Assembly: GCF_006345805.1 (NCBI RefSeq)
Contig: NC_043001.1
Span: forward strand, 48,980,001-49,044,000
DNA from: Octopus sinensis
Lineage: Eukaryota
Length of the DNA: 64,000 nt
Direction of reading: 5' to 3'
This document shows, piece after piece, positions 12,665-25,760 of this stretch (position 1 is its first letter; every line of letters starts with the position of its first letter). The position numbers were made by a program, and so were the translations under genes. The notes under the pieces are model-generated. The model was not told where the DNA came from and did not search any database. It saw nothing but the letters and a program-made list of their open reading frames with translations.

Positions 12665-13371
12665 TGGTGTGAGAGGATGGTTAAGTCATAGTTAGTTTAG
12701 ATGTGATACAAAATAGAGAGTGAGGTGGAGGAAAGAAAATAGATGCAAGATATGTATGGGTATTGAAGTTGTAGATCCATTTTTTAGGCAGAATGGTATA
12801 TATGTAATATTCCAATACCTTATGAGTAAAGTCCAAAAGTCCAACAATTAAAATAGCTCCTTCCAAATATAGAATTTATACACAATGTAAGATTCCCTTA
12901 TTAGTGAGATCCAGCAGTTTTTAAACTTGGTCATTCCAAGTAGAGAATTTATACATGGTGTTGTAGAGTCAAAGGTTTTTATTTAAAGTAATCTAAAAAT
13001 AGGGAGTGTATTAGTAGAGTCAAATTGAAACAGGAAGAGAGGAATGAAGAAAGAGAATACAAAAAAGGGGAGAGAAAAAAGAGAAGAGAAAGAAAAAAAT
13101 GAGAGAGAAAAAAGAGAAAGAAGAAGGAGAAGAAAGTAAGAAGAAAATTAATAAAATAACAAAATAATAAAAAATAAAGGTGAAAGAGAGAGAAAGGTAT
13201 TATAGTGTAAAAAGATAGAAGGAATGGGGGTGGGGGTAAGAGGTAAAGGAATGACAAACATGTAGTAGTAGAGTGTAAGTGTAGGGGCAGAGAGGGGTTA
13301 GTAGTATGAAGAATTAAGGAATTTATATGTTTAGCTGTTCAGTGCTTAGTAATATAAGAAAATATATATAT

Positions 13372-13560
13372 TTCTTTATTGCCCACAAGGGGCTAAACAT
13401 AGAGTGGACAAACAAGGACAGACAAAGGGATTAAGTCGGTTACATCGACTCCAGTGCGTAACTGGTACTTTATTTATCGACCCTGAAAGGATGAAAGGCA
13501 AAGTCAACCTCGGCGGAATTTAAACTCAGAACATAACGGTAGACAAAATATCGCTAAGAT
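13372..13560 (-). mobile_element. SINE family B, inverted copy
   Basis: TTTCTTTATTGCCCACAAGGGGCTAAAC...CCTCGGCGGAATTTAAACTCAG is the reverse complement of family B. Confidence 0.8.
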
Positions 13561-14102
13561 AAGAAAATATATATGTGAAGATGTATATACATGTATATAT
13601 CAGACATGTTACACATACACTCCTTACTCGCATGCATATGCACTCATGCACGCTCACGTATACGTTCATCTGCATGTATCATCGCCCCTGTATACGCAGG
13701 TATACCTTTTATGCATACATATATTTACATATACCCACATATATACATATTAGCATACACTCACTCATACATATACATGCACACATATAAACATATATAC
13801 ACACACATATGTACATATATATACACACATATACATACATACATATATATATATATACACATGCATACATACATACATATATATATATATACACACACAC
13901 ACACATATATATATATGGATGATGAAGGAAACAGATTATTTAATTTGTTCATTAATGTTCGAAACCTAGGTACAAGTGAAAATGTTTTTATTTTTCATCC
14001 CCTTCAAAATTTCTCTGAACCGTGGCTTGGTTCATTCTAGCATGTAATGTGACCTGTTAGGGTTCACCCCTTTTGTGTATAAATGTACACTAATTATATA
14101 TA

Positions 14103-14479
14103 TCTATATATATAAAGCTGAAATTGTCTGTGTGTGGCAGGTTTGGTAGCCTTCAACTAACACTATCTCCTCCGAGACCCTGCGGTGCAAATTGACTAAA
14201 ATTGAGAGTATGATAGAAGAAGGCTTGCTCTTCATTCCGTAGAAGATAAAATTCAAATCTGACCATGTGAAGACCAAAAATTATTTACATCAAAGAGGTG
14301 CTTTTTTCTATGAAAATACCTAATTTTACAATTTTTTTACTGCTGTGTCGCCATTTTTCGGTGTATTTCAACCAGAAAAATGTTCACTTAAAGAGAATAA
14401 CAAGCTACATAATGCAAAATTTTTACTTTTCAAAAATTCCAATTCTAAAGGGTCAAAACAAACCAGAGCGATACTGCTA

Positions 14480-14480
<1 letters not shown>
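14103..14480 (+). mobile_element. Non-autonomous Helitron
   Basis: Starts TC (TCTATATATATAAAGCTG), ends ATACTGCTAG, inserted between A and T; homologous inverted copy at 26382-26700. Confidence 0.75.
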
Positions 14481-14526
<46 letters not shown>

Positions 14527-14864
14527 GAAGGTTGAAAAGGAACATACGAGTTGATATATATGAAAAAACAAGTCAAGGTAGAAAATGCTAAAATAATTCT
14601 ATAAAAAACATTTCAGTACCGGTTTCAGTCATTGAGACTTTTTCAACTGTAAGTATGGAAAACAATTAAATTTTGGAAAAATTAAAAGAAAAGAAAATTT
14701 TTTTTAAAAGAATATTTGCATAGTATTCAAATACAAGGGGCAATTTCCTTGTTTCTGCCTGTCTCTGTCTCTCTTGTTTACTCGTGTGGGTTCGAGGTCA
14801 TTTAATTTTAATTTTAATTTTTATTCTATTTTATTACTTAATATTTTTTTTTTTCTTTTCAAAG

Positions 14865-14943
14865 GTGATTATATAGAAGACATTCTAAAAAATTGGTTTG
14901 GCGATTACAAGAAGCTGGAACGTCATCATGGCTATATCCAGTG
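14865..14943 (+). CDS. OGFR: OGFr-like exon (G-DYIEDILKNWFGDYKKLERHHGYIQ-W)
   Basis: Polypyrimidine tract plus AAAG| acceptor, TG|GTGAGT donor; hallmark LExxHxYIQW motif. Confidence 0.92.
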
Positions 14944-15352
14944 GTGAGTATTTTGATCTTGCTTTATTGTTTTAACTTCCCAGCTGCAACGGTGGATGGA
15001 TTTTAGGGAAATCACTTTCACTGTTGGCCTTCATCTTTATTGTCACCCTCTTTGTTACCATTGCTGCAATCATCGTCACTCACCACCAATCATCAGTCAT
15101 CATATTTACACCTACCTTACCATGATGGCATTGGTTGAACAGGCAGTCCAGGCTATTTTTCATTTAGAGCTGCTTCCTTTCTTAATTGGTCAAAGGACTA
15201 CATCATGCTCTCATGTCTCAACTTTGGTGTAGTTTGTTTGGCTGGATGCCCTTCCTAGTACCAGTCACTTTACAGAGTGAATGGTATTATCATGGCACCA
15301 GTAGTATGAAGTCACCAGATGCAACTATACATGCAAGCATATATGAATTTAT

Positions 15353-15580
15353 GGCGGCGAGCTGGCAGAAACGTTAGCACGCCGGGCGAAATGCGTAGCC
15401 GTATTTCGTCTGTTGTTACGTTGTGAGTTCAATTTCCCCCAAGGTCGACTTTGCCTTTCCTCCTTTCGGAGTCGATAAATAAAGTACCAGTTACGCACTG
15501 GGGACGATGTAAACTACTTAATCCCTTTGTCTGTCCTTGTTTGTTCCCTCTATGTTTAGCCCCTTGTGGGCAATAAAAAA
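15353..15580 (+). mobile_element. SINE family B, near full length
   Basis: GGCGGCGAGCTGGCAGAAACGTTAGCACGCCGGGCG...CCCCTTGTGGGCAATAAA. Confidence 0.85.
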
Positions 15581-15644
15581 ATATATATGAATTTATGAGT
15601 TCATGTATGTATGAATGTGTGTGTGCATACACACACGTGTACAT

Positions 15645-16470
15645 ACAAGGTGCATAAGATATTTGAGGACAGATTTATGTTTATAAAAAAAAAGATATAT
15701 AATAACAGATAATAACTTTATTTATCAAAAAATGCTATGAGGATAAAAATAAACCTTCTTTTCTATAATGTTATTCAATAAAGCCACCTTCAGTGTCAAC
15801 AACTGCTTCTATATGAGATCAAAATCATCTACATGCTCGAATCAAGTGGTCCTGGTTCATTTTGGACATTACTCTGACTATGGCAGCTTTCAAAGAATCT
15901 TTGGTATTATGGCCATGTTCATTGACCTCTCCCCCAACAACGTTCCACATATAATAGTCCAATGGATTGAAATCTGGGTAATTAGGAGGCCAAATGTTAG
16001 GGGTTATGTGATCATGAAAATTTTCAGCCATCCATTCCTATGTTACTAGAGCTATGTGTGATAGTGCAGAGTCTTACTGAAACACATATGGCCTTCCATT
16101 GCATACACTGTCTATCCAGGGCTTAACAATTGTTTCCAGGACCTCAATGTAGTGGCTGAGTTAACTCTAAGGCATAACATGTTCTTCATTGCTGATAAAC
16201 CCCTGAAACCATGACAGGTGCAGGAAATTTTGTATACATAACACTTGGAACTTCAGAAGAATCTGCACATAACCGTCTATCATTTCTTTTGTTAACTTTT
16301 TGATCTTGGTTGAAGTTTTTCTTGTTTGAGAAAAACCAAATCAAATCTTCTTCTGCTGGATTTTTAGATCTGATGTAGTGATTTTTTCTTAGATCTGATG
16401 AAGTGATTTTCTTTTGCTTTTTCTGACAAATTGACCTTTTCTCATAGTTCTCAGAGAGATTCAGCCTCAC
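15645..16470 (-). mobile_element. Tc1/mariner-superfamily transposase remnant
   Basis: ORF 15825-16031 has WPPNYPDFNPLDYYMW; GRPYVFQ*DSA just upstream; ORF 16186-16470 has WFFSNKKNFNQDQKVN...VMVSG. Confidence 0.75.
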
Positions 16471-16899
16471 ACAGAATATGACAAAGCTGGCCCCTTTGAA
16501 TTACAGCTACAACTCATTTAGGCCAGCTGAGTGGACTGGAGCAACATAAATTTTCAAATGGTTGGAAGAAAATAAAAAAAAGATCCTATATAGGGACAGG
16601 AAAATCCTCTTAGTCGTTAGGGTCACTATGGGCGTTAATCCGGTCCTAACAGCGGCACTTGTGGGTCTCACAGATCTGGGGTCAAGCCCCCAGATAAACA
16701 CTGATGCACAGGTTGTTGTTATCAAACTGAGCATGAGTCGAGGGTGGATACACAATGGAATAGCAATTATTTCATTTCAGCCTTCACTGCTTATACTAAA
16801 CATGTGACATTTTTGCCTTACGATTTGGAACATTTTCTTTGCTTTCACTCTTATTAAAAAATGGCGCTTTGTCGACTGAAAATATGAGGTTCCTGTTTA

Positions 16900-17185
16900 T
16901 TTGATCAATGGAATAGTCTGCTCATAAAATTAACACGCAAGTGGCTGAGTACTCCACAGACATGCATACCATAAAGTAGTTCTCAGAGATTTAGCCTCAC
17001 ACAGAATGTAACAAAGTTGGCCCCCTTTGAATTACAGCCACAACTCATTTTTGCCAGCTGAGTGGACTGCAGCAAGGTGAAGTAGAGTATCTTGCTCAAG
17101 AACACAGTGTGCCATAGGGAATTGTACTTATGACTTCACGATCGTGGGCCAAATACCCTTAACCACTGAGCCACGCACCTTCACT
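16900..17185 (-). mobile_element. SINE family C, inverted
   Basis: Reverse complement of the 22111 element (GTGGCTGAGTACTCCACAGAC; TTGCCAGCTGAGTGGACTG; CTTAACCACTGAGCCACGC). Confidence 0.7.
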
Positions 17186-17691
17186 CTCTTAACTATAGGG
17201 AAAAGGAGTGAAGCGATAGAGACAGAGAAAGGAAAGCCTCCGTCATCTATAATGACAATTAGACTGAAATACAATCAATCTTTTCTAGCTTCTTTACTTT
17301 CAACAATGAAGAAGAGGGAAACACATTTAGTAATGAATAGAGGGAAAGTCTTTCAGCTTATGTTATTATTCTGGGAGTTCTAGAATGATCAAGTGTTAGT
17401 TCTGTCTTCTTTCCCCCACCCCCAGTGCTTATTCACATTCTTTCATAGTTCTTCATATCTTTTAGTTGGGAGGAAAGACCATGTTTTTTTTTCAGGCACA
17501 TTTAACATTTTCTCTATAAACTACAAACAAGCCCGCCTCCCCCTTTTTTTTTCATACAAAAACTAACGCAAATTTCGAATGAGGTATAACTGTGAAAAGA
17601 TCCCAGAAAAATGGGTAATACTCGCTACAAAATGGGTGGGAGAGAAAAGTTGCCAACAGCTGGCTACATGAAATTCAACTCTATACTTTAA

Positions 17692-17975
17692 AGAGTGTCT
17701 TCTACTATAGCCTCGTGAGTGAATTTGGTAGACGGAAACTGAAAGAAGCCCGTCATATATATATGTGTGTCTGTGTTTGCCCCCCCACCACCATTGCTTG
17801 ACAATTGATGTTTGTGTGTTTGCGTCCCCATAACTTAGCTGTTTGGCAGGAGATACTGATGAAATAAGCACCAGGCTTACAGGGAATAAGTCCAGGGGTC
17901 AATTTCTTCAACTAAAGGGTGGAGCTCCAGCATGGCCACCGTCAAATGACTGAAACAAGTTAAAGAATAAACGAA
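17692..17975 (+). mobile_element. SINE family A, 5'-truncated
   Basis: GTGTCTTCTACTATAGCC...GGTAGACGGAAACTGAAAGAAGCCCG...CAAATGACTGAAACAAG. Confidence 0.75.
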
Positions 17976-18406
17976 TACCAGAAGAACATTCCGTACCATT
18001 AAACCAAGAAGGTCCTTTGAATATGTATGATGTATTCTAAGGCTGAATAGTAGTTCTGTTTATGTTTGTGTAACTGAGATAATTTAGTTGGATTTTATAG
18101 TTATTGGTTCTACACTTCTTTCTATATTCTGTAACTGTTACAATATAGAAACATTTCTTATGGCACCAGCACACAATTTACAGATGCTTATATTTTTTAT
18201 ATTTTCCATGAATTTTTCATGCGTCCAGCTAGTAACTATAATAAGAGCATGCTTCTTCATTTCTTGAGTAAGCTGAAGGTCTGCCATTATTATTTTCTGA
18301 AACAAAGATTACATAGAGTTAGCAAAAAATGCAGCAATGACCCCAAAAAGGTATGTCCTCAAATACCTTACACAACCTGTATGTATATATATATATATAT
18401 ATATGT

Positions 18407-18532
18407 TTTATTTAAAAGCATCAGAAATTCAACAAAACTTGTTACTCGGAGTTTCACGTTCCTGTTCTGACGAACGGGAACGTGAAACTCCGAGTAACAG
18501 GTTTTGTTGAATTTATGCTGCTTTTAAATAAA
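18407..18532. repeat. ~125-bp near-perfect hairpin whose right arm carries a hammerhead core
   Basis: TTTATTTAAAAGCA..AATTCAACAAAACTTGTTACTCGGAGTTTCACGTTCC pairs with GGAACGTGAAACTCCGAGTAACAGGTTTTGTTGAATT..TGCTTTTAAATAAA. Confidence 0.85.
18461..18501 (+). ncRNA. Minimal hammerhead-like motif
   Basis: CCTGT-T-CTGACGA-ACG-ggaa-CGT-GAAAC-TCCGA-GT-A-ACAGG: full CUGANGA/GAAA core, 3-bp helix II, GUA site; helix I is one nt out of register. Confidence 0.5.
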
Positions 18533-18604
18533 GCATATTACTCTACCCCTGGTATTTGAGTACTCTTTTTTCCACCTTGTTTCACATTTATGTGTTTACT
18601 CCGG

Positions 18605-18668
<64 letters not shown>

Positions 18669-19035
18669 CACATATATATATATGTGCATGTGTGTTTGTG
18701 TGTCATCTTGCTATATGTATGTGTGTATTAGTAATATATTATATATGTATGTATACATTTAGTTCAAATTTACAGAAAACAAAAGATGAAGACAGGTGAG
18801 GGAGGACCAAGCATGTATATTAGTTTGATGCTAGGGAAGAATGGAGAAATTTTTGACATTCTGAGCCCATACTCTTCCACAGAGAGGGTTGAGAGAGGGG
18901 AAAACAAGGAGAGAGTGAAAAAAGCAGAGAGAAAAAAATACCGTGTTTAGGATCAACGGTTTAACATGATGAAATGACCGGAAGTATGTGTGCGTGTGTG
19001 TGTGCGCACGCGTATATGTGTGTGCGTGTGTGTAT

Positions 19036-19101
<66 letters not shown>

Positions 19102-19799
19102 AATAGATAGGTATATGTGTATATATTTTGTTAGTTTTTAAATTATGAAAAGAAACATGAACTATATTTAAATAATCACCTTGTGTAGTTTGCTGGGATC
19201 TTTTCCTTTTGAACGGCAGTTTTCAACACAATCTCTAGTTAACTAAACACTTTCAAACTTCGTATACTGGTAGAATGTGTCAAAATAAAACATTTTTTTC
19301 TCTTGGCTTTCTTGAGAAAATTGTAATTTGTAAGTTTAACGTAGTTTAATTTTTCGAATTTTAACCAATCGATGGCAAATTTTTAAGATTATTTAATGGT
19401 CTTTGAAGGTAATTGTTAAGTTTACGGGCGTTCAAAAAAGTATATAAAAATTACTGGCATGAAAGTAAATAAAAATTCAAGGGAGATAAAAGAAGCAAAA
19501 GATAGTGAATCAACTTGCCTTTCCACTGAATTATGCCATATAATAAAGTATTAGTTTAGGATAGCTTTATTAACGAATGATTGTGATGGTTTTGGCTTAT
19601 CTTTAATCGGCGTATGACTACTATAAACTTTGTCAATAACGATTGTATGCATTAAGCTTTATTAAATTTCCCTTCCTTTCACACCATTATGACCTGAAAA
19701 CGGAAATCAGGAATTTGTAGGACTACAGGAAAGCTGCCGCTATAAAACATAAGAGAAAATCTAATAGTGAATACAGACAAGCTCAACAGAATAAGGATA

Positions 19800-20445
19800 T
19801 GGAAACTCATAGAATTCGCCGTGATACAGAAGTGAAAACGTCGGAACAGAACAGGGATACACTAGCTCGCCAAATAACAGAGAAATACTCAAGTGAGAGC
19901 TTCGGAACAGAGCTGGGACACTTTAGCTCGCCAACTAACATGCAAAAAATCCTCAAGTGAGAGCTTTGGAACAGATAAGGAACACTCTAGCTCACCGAAA
20001 ATCAAGACAAGTGCAGTTTCCTATAAAACTGGTATTCTCATTCACAGCAAATAAGGCACAGGTTCAGACTTTAGATCATGTAGGTGCATTTTTGCCCACT
20101 CAGCTGTTTACACATGGCCAGTTATATGTCGCTATGAGTAGAACAACGGACTCCAGTAATCTGAAAATTGGTGTCGACCACACACAAAATATCGTCTACA
20201 AAGAAGTTTTGTTATCATATTCATATTAAAATCCATTTATACGTTTTTCAATACATATTCTGTGATGACTTCCTTCCCTCATTTTATGCCTCCATCATAT
20301 ATGGGTGGATTATGAATGGGATGAATGTAAATTTAAATGTAAAAAAATGATTTCATGTTATTTATGAGCTTTTTTAGTAATATGTAATTCGGTATAATCG
20401 TTTAGCGTGGTAGTAAATGAAGCAAAGTGGCTTAAGCCCTGGTAA
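19800..20445 (+). mobile_element. Helitron RepHel 3' remnant (PIF1-like helicase C-terminus)
   Basis: ORF 19957-20229 has QFPIKLVFSFTANKAQVQTLDHVG...FTHGQLYVAMSR; ends near AAGCCCTGGT (CTRR-like); ~65-bp tandem repeats at 19840-20005. Confidence 0.75.
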
Positions 20446-20454
20446 TATATTTTC

Positions 20455-21089
20455 TGAGAAGACTCAGCAAGCCAAGTGAGACCATAACCTCATGGCCTAT
20501 GCCAGGGATGCAACCAGTCCACTTATGCATACCTTTCCTTCACTGGACACTAAACTCTGCTTGCGAAGACCTGTTGAGGCAAGTGAAATCAAAATTGAAA
20601 TCAAATTCGATGACTGGCATCCATGCTAGTGGAGCGCTAAGAGCACCCTCCGAGCATGATCGTTGCCAAAGCAACAAACTGGCTTCCGTGCTGGTGGCAC
20701 ATAAAAAGCACCATTCGAGTGTGATCGTTACCTGCATTGTCTTACTGGCACTTGTGCTGGTGGCACGTGAAAAAAACATTTGAGCGAAGTCATTGCCAGT
20801 ACTGCTGGACTGGCTCTTGTACAGTTGGCACGTAAAAAGCACCATTTGAGCATGGCTGTTGCCAGTACTGCCTGATTGGCCCTTGTGCCGGTGGAACATA
20901 AAAGCACCCACTACACTCTCAGAGTGGTTGGCGTAAGGAAGGGCATCCAACTGTAGAAACTCTGCTAGATCAGATTGGAGCCTGATGCCGCCATCTGGTT
21001 TGCCAGACCTCAGTCAAATCGTCCAACCCATGCTAACATGGAAAGCGGATGTTAAACAATGATGATGGTGGTGGTGGTGGTGGTGGTAG

Positions 21090-21130
<41 letters not shown>
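20455..21130 (+). mobile_element. Dispersed retroposon with LINE-like 3' tail
   Basis: Ends CCATGCTAACATGGAAAGCGGATGTTAAAC followed by (GAT)n; same tail at ~5345-5410 and inverted at ~31825-31975. Confidence 0.55.
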
Positions 21131-21132
<2 letters not shown>

Positions 21133-21782
21133 AAAGAAGAAGAAGAAGAGTTAGGATAAAGAACATCAAGAAATACGAAGACAAGTTAAAGTTGACTGCA
21201 ACATTTATTCCACTGATAAAAGGAAATACAGCAAACTGGTATATCATGAATAAATCTGTCAAATAACATGTATAGTTTCGAAGTGCTTCTTGAAGTTGAA
21301 GATTAACGTTGGTAAAATGCAAAGCATAGTGTCAAGAATTCCTGCTACAATTTTCTCCTCACTGAAGCTGCAAAACGGGAAAATCTTGCTCCCATGATGA
21401 AAATCCAAACTCGCTCAATGCAACTCACCTCCCTAGGGGATTAGTGGGAAAAAGCTTCCCTTAAATAGCTGATGTTGGGACACTTGACTAGTCTATAACA
21501 TTAAAGAGTGGACAGCCCATGTAAAGCTAGATGTACTGGATCATCATGTGATGAGCCAAAATGGATATCTAAAATTAAAGAGATGCAATGTGGATATCTA
21601 AAGGTAAAGAGTGAAGATGTTTCTGCTACAATCTGTTGCATAGTTGGGCTGTCCATGCTTAAACTGGCAACCCTGCCAAATTTGCTTGTTGGGGATATTC
21701 AGTGGGATAGATAAAAGCAGCTTATCATTGAGTAAGTAAATTCAGGAATGTTAGTGGCCATCCAATATTGTTTATATATGAA

Positions 21783-21992
21783 TGGATGCTGAAAAGTTCC
21801 TGGCTTTGGGTGAAAGAAAATACAGGAGGATTAGTTAGTTATGATTTGATTCAACAAAATTTCCCTCTCAGATTCACATGCTTATTGCAACATTCATTCA
21901 GTATTTCTAAGTGCTGCAAAAGAACTCAGAAAATTGGGCCTCCAACTAGGCCTTTCATGATACCCTTAAGTCCAGGAACTTTCCCTCACTCT
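21783..21992. mobile_element. Mariner-type MITE copy
   Basis: GATGCTGAAAAGTTCCTGGCTT ... AAGTCCAGGAACTTT, homologous to 4455-4650. Confidence 0.6.
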
Positions 21993-21994
21993 CT

Positions 21995-22053
<59 letters not shown>

Positions 22054-22110
22054 CATATATATACATATATATATACACATATATATATACATATATATAT
22101 ATATATATGT

Positions 22111-22430
22111 GAGGGCGCGTGGCTTAGTGGTTAGGGCATTCGGCTCATGATCGTAAGGTTGTGAGTTCGATTCCCGGCGACGCGTTGTGTCCTTGAGCAA
22201 GACACTTTATCTCACGTTGCTCCAGTCCACTCAGCTGGCAAAAATGAGTTGTACTTGTATTTCAAAGGGTCAGCCTTGTCACTCTCTGTGTCACGCTGAT
22301 TATCCCCGAGAACTACGTTAAGGGTACACGTGTCTGTGGAATGCTCAGCCATTTGCACGTTAATTTCACGAGCAAGCTGTTCCGTTGATCGTATCAGCTG
22401 GGACCCTCGTCGTCGTAACCGGCGGAGTCT
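22111..22430 (+). mobile_element. tRNA-derived SINE family C, near full length
   Basis: Head GGCGCGTGGCTTAGTGGTTAGG (box A) and GAGTTCGATTCCC (box B), then CCTTGAGCAAGACAC central domain; flanked by (TA)n. Confidence 0.85.
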
Positions 22431-22457
22431 TTTTTTTTTAAATATATATATAATATA

Positions 22458-22621
<164 letters not shown>

Positions 22622-22763
22622 AAATAGTAAAAAGTGAAAAAACTACAGAAGGCTTAAATGTTAAAAAATATATATTTGCGTCAATATGTCTGAAGAATAT
22701 TAAAAAATTCTTTTCTCTTATAATGACATAGTTTAGAAGAAAAAAATATACATATATATATAT

Positions 22764-22794
<31 letters not shown>

Positions 22795-23111
22795 CACACA
22801 CATATGTATATATATATATATATCATAATTTAATATCCATTGCCCATGTTGGACAGTTTGAAAAGGGCTGGTAAGGTGAGGGGCTGCACCAGACTCCAGT
22901 CCAATTTGAGATGGTTTTTACATATGCATATCCTTCTTAACATCAACCACTCCAAGAGTGTAATTGGTGCTTTTACATTCCACCAGATGGGTGCCAGTTG
23001 CGTGACATCAGTGTCTGCCATGACTACAATTTTACTTGGCCAGATGGGTCTTCTTTTCAAGCACGGTATATTGCCAAAGGTCTCAGTCATTTGTCATTGC
23101 CTTCATGTGGC

Positions 23112-23320
23112 CTGCTGAAAAGTTCCTGGCTTTGGGTGAAAGAAAATATTGGAGGATCAGTTAATTATGATTTTATGCATTATATTCCCCTCTGAGATTC
23201 ACACCTTTATTGCAGTGGTCCTTCAATTTTTCTAAGCCCTGTGAAAGAACTTGGAAGGTTGGGCCTTCAATCAAGCCTTTTGCGAGACCTTTAAAGCAAG
23301 GAACTTTTCAGCACCCTGTC
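23112..23320. mobile_element. Mariner-type MITE copy
   Basis: GCTGAAAAGTTCCTGGC ... GGAACTTTTCAGCACCCTG. Confidence 0.6.
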
Positions 23321-23887
23321 ATATGCATATAAAATACTCAATTTCTGAAGGTTTTATCAAAGGCAACCAACCATTAATGGCCAAGTTTGAACAGACAAAA
23401 AGATAGTATTTACTCACTGCAAGAATGAAAGACGGAAATATAATAAAAACAAAAAACAAATGATAAACACAAACAAAAAACAACAAAAACAGCTGAAAAC
23501 GATCATTAAAAATCTGCACATTGAATGTGATGATTTCTTGGAATGATAATAATGCACTGGTAGTGGGTGAATTTTGCCTTTAAAACTTGCAGACATGCCA
23601 CTGCTGTCACCATCGTCACTCACCATCACTCATCATTTTCATATGTGTCTTTGCATGATGGCATAAGTTGGACAGGCAGGTCAGGTTATTTCTTATTTAT
23701 AGTTACTGCCTTTCTAGATAGGTCACAGGATCATGTGTCGTTTCTATGGATATTGAATCAGAGAGAGAGAGAGAGAGACCATATGATAAACGAAAAAGGA
23801 TGAAGAATATGTGTGTGTGTGTGTGTGTGTGTATCAGAAAAAATTTTAAGTATCCTCTTAATATATTCTTTTTGTTCTATATTTCAG

Positions 23888-23954
23888 GTTGTTTCCCAAT
23901 AGAGCTGCAGGTTTGAACGGACAGGCTTTCTGTCTCAATGATTATGAGATTCAG
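23888..23954 (+). CDS. OGFR: OGFr-like exon (W-LFPNRAAGLNGQAFCLNDYEIQ)
   Basis: TTTCAG| acceptor and CAG|GTAAAT donor; completes the WLFP motif across the junction. Confidence 0.9.
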
Positions 23955-23989
23955 GTAAATATTCAGGTAGTGCTATTGTTGTTGCGAGT

Positions 23990-24044
<55 letters not shown>

Positions 24045-24129
24045 ATGCATGCATGTATGTATAAATATGTATGTGTATATCAGTGGCATGCAGTGACTTT
24101 TGATGTTGGACATGCAATAAATATATGGG

Positions 24130-25760
24130 TCAATTGATCAGATGGAATGTGACCAAATGAGGTTTATTTTTCAATATAGACCTCACTTGTAGTCTACACA
24201 CTTCTTCCATTAACGTTGCAGTGCTTGGAGCCCACTGCTGAAGAAGCATTTGTCCTGTTGATCAAAAAAGTAATGAACAGTAGATATGCGCAGGAGTGGC
24301 TGTGTGGTAAGTAGCTTGCTAACCAACCACATGGTTCCGGGTTCAGTCCCACTGCGTGGCATCTTGGGCAAGTGTCTTCTGCTAATAGCCCCGAGCCGAC
24401 CAATGCCTTGTGAGTGGATTTGGTAGACGGAAACTGAAAGAAGCCTGTCGTATATATGTATATATATATATATATGTGCGTGTGTGTTTGCGTTTCTGTG
24501 TTTGTCCCCCTAGCATTGCTTGACAACTGATGCTGGTGTGTTTACGTCCCCGTCACTTAGTGGTTCGGCAAAAAAAAAAGAGGCCGATAGAATAAGTACT
24601 GGGCTTACTAAGAATAAGTCCCAGGGTCGATTTGGTCGATTAAAGGCGGTGCTCCAGCATGGCCGCAGTCAAATGACTGAAACAAGTAAAAGAGTAAAGA
24701 GTATGATGTCATCATCACTGCGATACTGGTTCCCAGCCATGTGTTTTTCATGTTCGCAAGCAGTTGATAATCAGATGGGGCCAAATCAAGAGAATAGGAA
24801 TAGTGATCTATTAGTTCTAAGCCACAGCCATGCATTGCAGCCATTGAAACCAAGGACATGTGTGCTGGAGCATTGTCCTGATGAAAGAAGACTCCTTACC
24901 TCAGTTTTGCTGGGCATTTGGCAACTGCCTCAGCATGTTGGTGTAGGACACTCCATTGATGATGTGGTCTTTTTGAAGATAGTCAATAAATGCAATGCCT
25001 TTTGCATATTAAATAACTAAGGCTATCACCTTTCCTGCAGACGAAATAACCTTGGTATTCTTTCAAGCAGATGAGGAGGGGTCTTTCCACTGCATGGATA
25101 GTCTCTGGTTTAATGTCATGAAGCTAACACTCACCATGGACTAGGATACGTTCAAGAAGACCGGAAGGATCTGCCTCAAACAATGTCAGATTTTTCTGTC
25201 ATGTGATCAACCTGGTGCACTTTTGATCAGGTGTCAGAAAATGTGGCACCCACCAAGCATGAATCTTTGTCATGCCAAGTTTATTGTGCAGAATATTCTC
25301 AAGTCTCTCATGGGATATGCTAATAACATTGGCTATTGGATTTATAGTCAGTTGCTTGCTATCCATTAACATGTGGTGAACATGATCAATGTTTTCCTTG
25401 GTGATGGCAGTTGTGGGACGTCCAGACATTGGGTCATCTTCAAGACTCTCCCTTCCTTTACTAAATTCAGCTGCCCACTTTTGCACTGTTGATAAAGCTG
25501 GAGTGCCATCCTGTAATGTAGCAACCACGTCAGCATGAACATCCTTGGGAGCTAAAGCCTTTTCCTGAAGATACATGATAACACTGCAATGCCAAATTTT
25601 ATTTATTTTCAAGAGAATTTACTACTAGTTACTTTTGAAGTTTTCTTTGAAGACTCAGATGTCAGTTTACCTGAAAGGAAACAATGCAGTTATTAATATG
25701 CAGAACTGAAATGAATGCATGCCAGATTTCACTCTTTCACTCTTTCATAGTCATCCTATG
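24130..25760 (-). mobile_element. Mariner transposase remnant interrupted by a SINE
   Basis: ORF 25199-25612 (LEDDPMSGRP, WVPHFLTPDQK); YSLDLAPSDYQLL near 24800; C-terminal FDQQD..WKKCV at 24170-24270. Confidence 0.85.
24288..24702 (+). mobile_element. SINE family A, full length, nested in mariner
   Basis: GCGCAGGAGTGGCTGTGTGGTAAG...GGTTCAGTCCCACTGCG...AAACAAGTAAAAGAG. Confidence 0.85.

Noticed and set aside
12979-13257. Hydrophobic F/L-rich ORF
   Set aside because: Reverse complement of a GA-rich low-complexity tract.
22111-22190. tRNA-like head as a tRNA gene
   Set aside because: Continues into a multicopy SINE body and lacks a complete acceptor stem.
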